Source of the DNA: Saprolegnia diclina VS20 | Taxonomy: Eukaryota | DNA length: 36,585 bases | Direction: 5' to 3' | Assembly (NCBI RefSeq): GCF_000281045.1 | Contig: NW_008246082.1 | Coordinates: 323,986-360,570 of the forward strand | Shown here: one piece after another, positions 36,001-36,585 of the stretch | Position numbering within the stretch: the first letter of the stretch is position 1 | How the letters are laid out: every line of letters starts with the position of its first letter | Made by a program: the position numbers and the translations under genes | Notes under the pieces: model-generated | The model's database searches: none | What the model saw: only the letters and a program-made list of their open reading frames with translations | What the model was told of the DNA's origin: nothing

Positions 36001-36390
36001 TGGTTGCAAGATCGCGGTCTCGATGCCTCTGGACGAGCCGGAATACCCAAAGCAGTGGCCGAAAAGGGCAGCACCGCCACTTGCACGAGCAACCACCTGG
36101 TCGTCCGATGGCGCATCCTCCACAGCCGAGACTTCGCAGCTCATCTGCGTGAGCATCTTCTCGAGCACGGGGAGACGCTGGAAGAGCGTCGTCGAGTCGC
36201 TGAGCATGTCTCGATCAACGATCCAGTACTTCAAGCCCAGCGCGGTCGCATGCTTGTTGAACGGCTCGACCGCGAGGTTGAGCGTATCTTCGTCGGTCGC
36301 TCGGATGGCTTCTTGGGGGCGCATGGAGGTCTCGATGGCTAGGCCGAGCGTCTCCCGGAGGTTCCCCTCGTCCTCGGTCGTGGGGCTCAT
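30043..36390 (-). pseudogene. Full-length GVIN/VLIG (very large inducible GTPase)-family gene with an N-terminal MACPF-like domain; 2116 codons in one frame with two internal TGA codons (pseudogene or recoded gene)
   Basis: ORFs 34360-36390, 31834-34335 and 30043-31779 share one frame and are separated only by TGA at 34362-34360 and 31836-31834. GTPase motifs: G1 VLSVMGVQSSGKSTLLN (32836-32862), G2 RCT.G, G3 DTEG (32704-32715), RDNRMA. GVIN-type motifs: ASGGAALFG, YGSHVRSGIFHVGGIFWK, TWHVID...VWDLL, LVPFLVP, ELGW, and a C-terminal CxxxCPxCxCPC...H...H..HQPGG...W. Confidence 0.88.
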
Positions 36391-36417
36391 CGGGTGCTAG
36401 TTCTTCTCTTCAGCGCG

Positions 36418-36468
36418 AATTGTGAAATGATTTTCGCGGACAAAATATCCTTGGCATCTGATTGGCTA
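36418..36468 (-). promoter_or_regulatory. Oomycete-type core promoter of the GVIN-like gene: CCAAT box plus Inr/FPR
   Basis: The minus strand reads TAGCCAATCAGA (36468-36457), then TCATTTCACAATT (36430-36418), which matches Inr YCAYTYY plus an FPR-like CAWTT. The Inr is about 40 nt before the ATG at 36390. Confidence 0.7.
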
Positions 36469-36585
36469 AAAAGAATCATGACGTGGATCGCTCTCAGGAC
36501 TGCGCGGATCCAAACCTGGCATTGCAAAGCATCGATGATATCCTGGACTCTAGTCATTGAACAATGCAGTATCGAGACGCTGAAT

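Noticed and set aside
30043..36390. Three separate genes forming an operon-like cluster
   Set aside because: All three ORFs share one frame with no intergenic sequence, the second and third lack an ATG start, and the motifs are colinear with a single GVIN polypeptide.

Overview
Eukaryotic genomic DNA, GC-rich with short (~45-60 nt) GT-AG introns. Gene families and promoter motifs point to an oomycete, probably Saprolegniales (inference). In order, the window holds: (1) four minus-strand repeat-protein genes (ankyrin; BTB-ankyrin-FYVE; a tandem-doubled ankyrin-like gene; an F-box-like LRR gene); (2) a frameshifted tectonin-like relic; (3) a ~440-500 bp foldback palindrome; (4) a coiled-coil gene convergent with a ~8.7 kb multi-exon gene of many degenerate GAF domains that spans an assembly gap; (5) a CABIN1/Hir3 histone-chaperone gene; (6) a gag-like retroelement relic. 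The most striking item is last: a 6348-nt, apparently intronless, single-frame gene (30043-36390, minus) encoding a full-length GVIN/VLIG-type giant GTPase with an N-terminal MACPF-like (pore-former) motif. Exactly two in-frame TGA codons interrupt it, both at plausible Trp positions. The sequences around the two stops are reverse-complementary to each other, and an Inr/CCAAT core promoter is intact upstream. Exon boundaries were read by eye and are approximate. Family assignments rest on recalled motifs, not on database searches.
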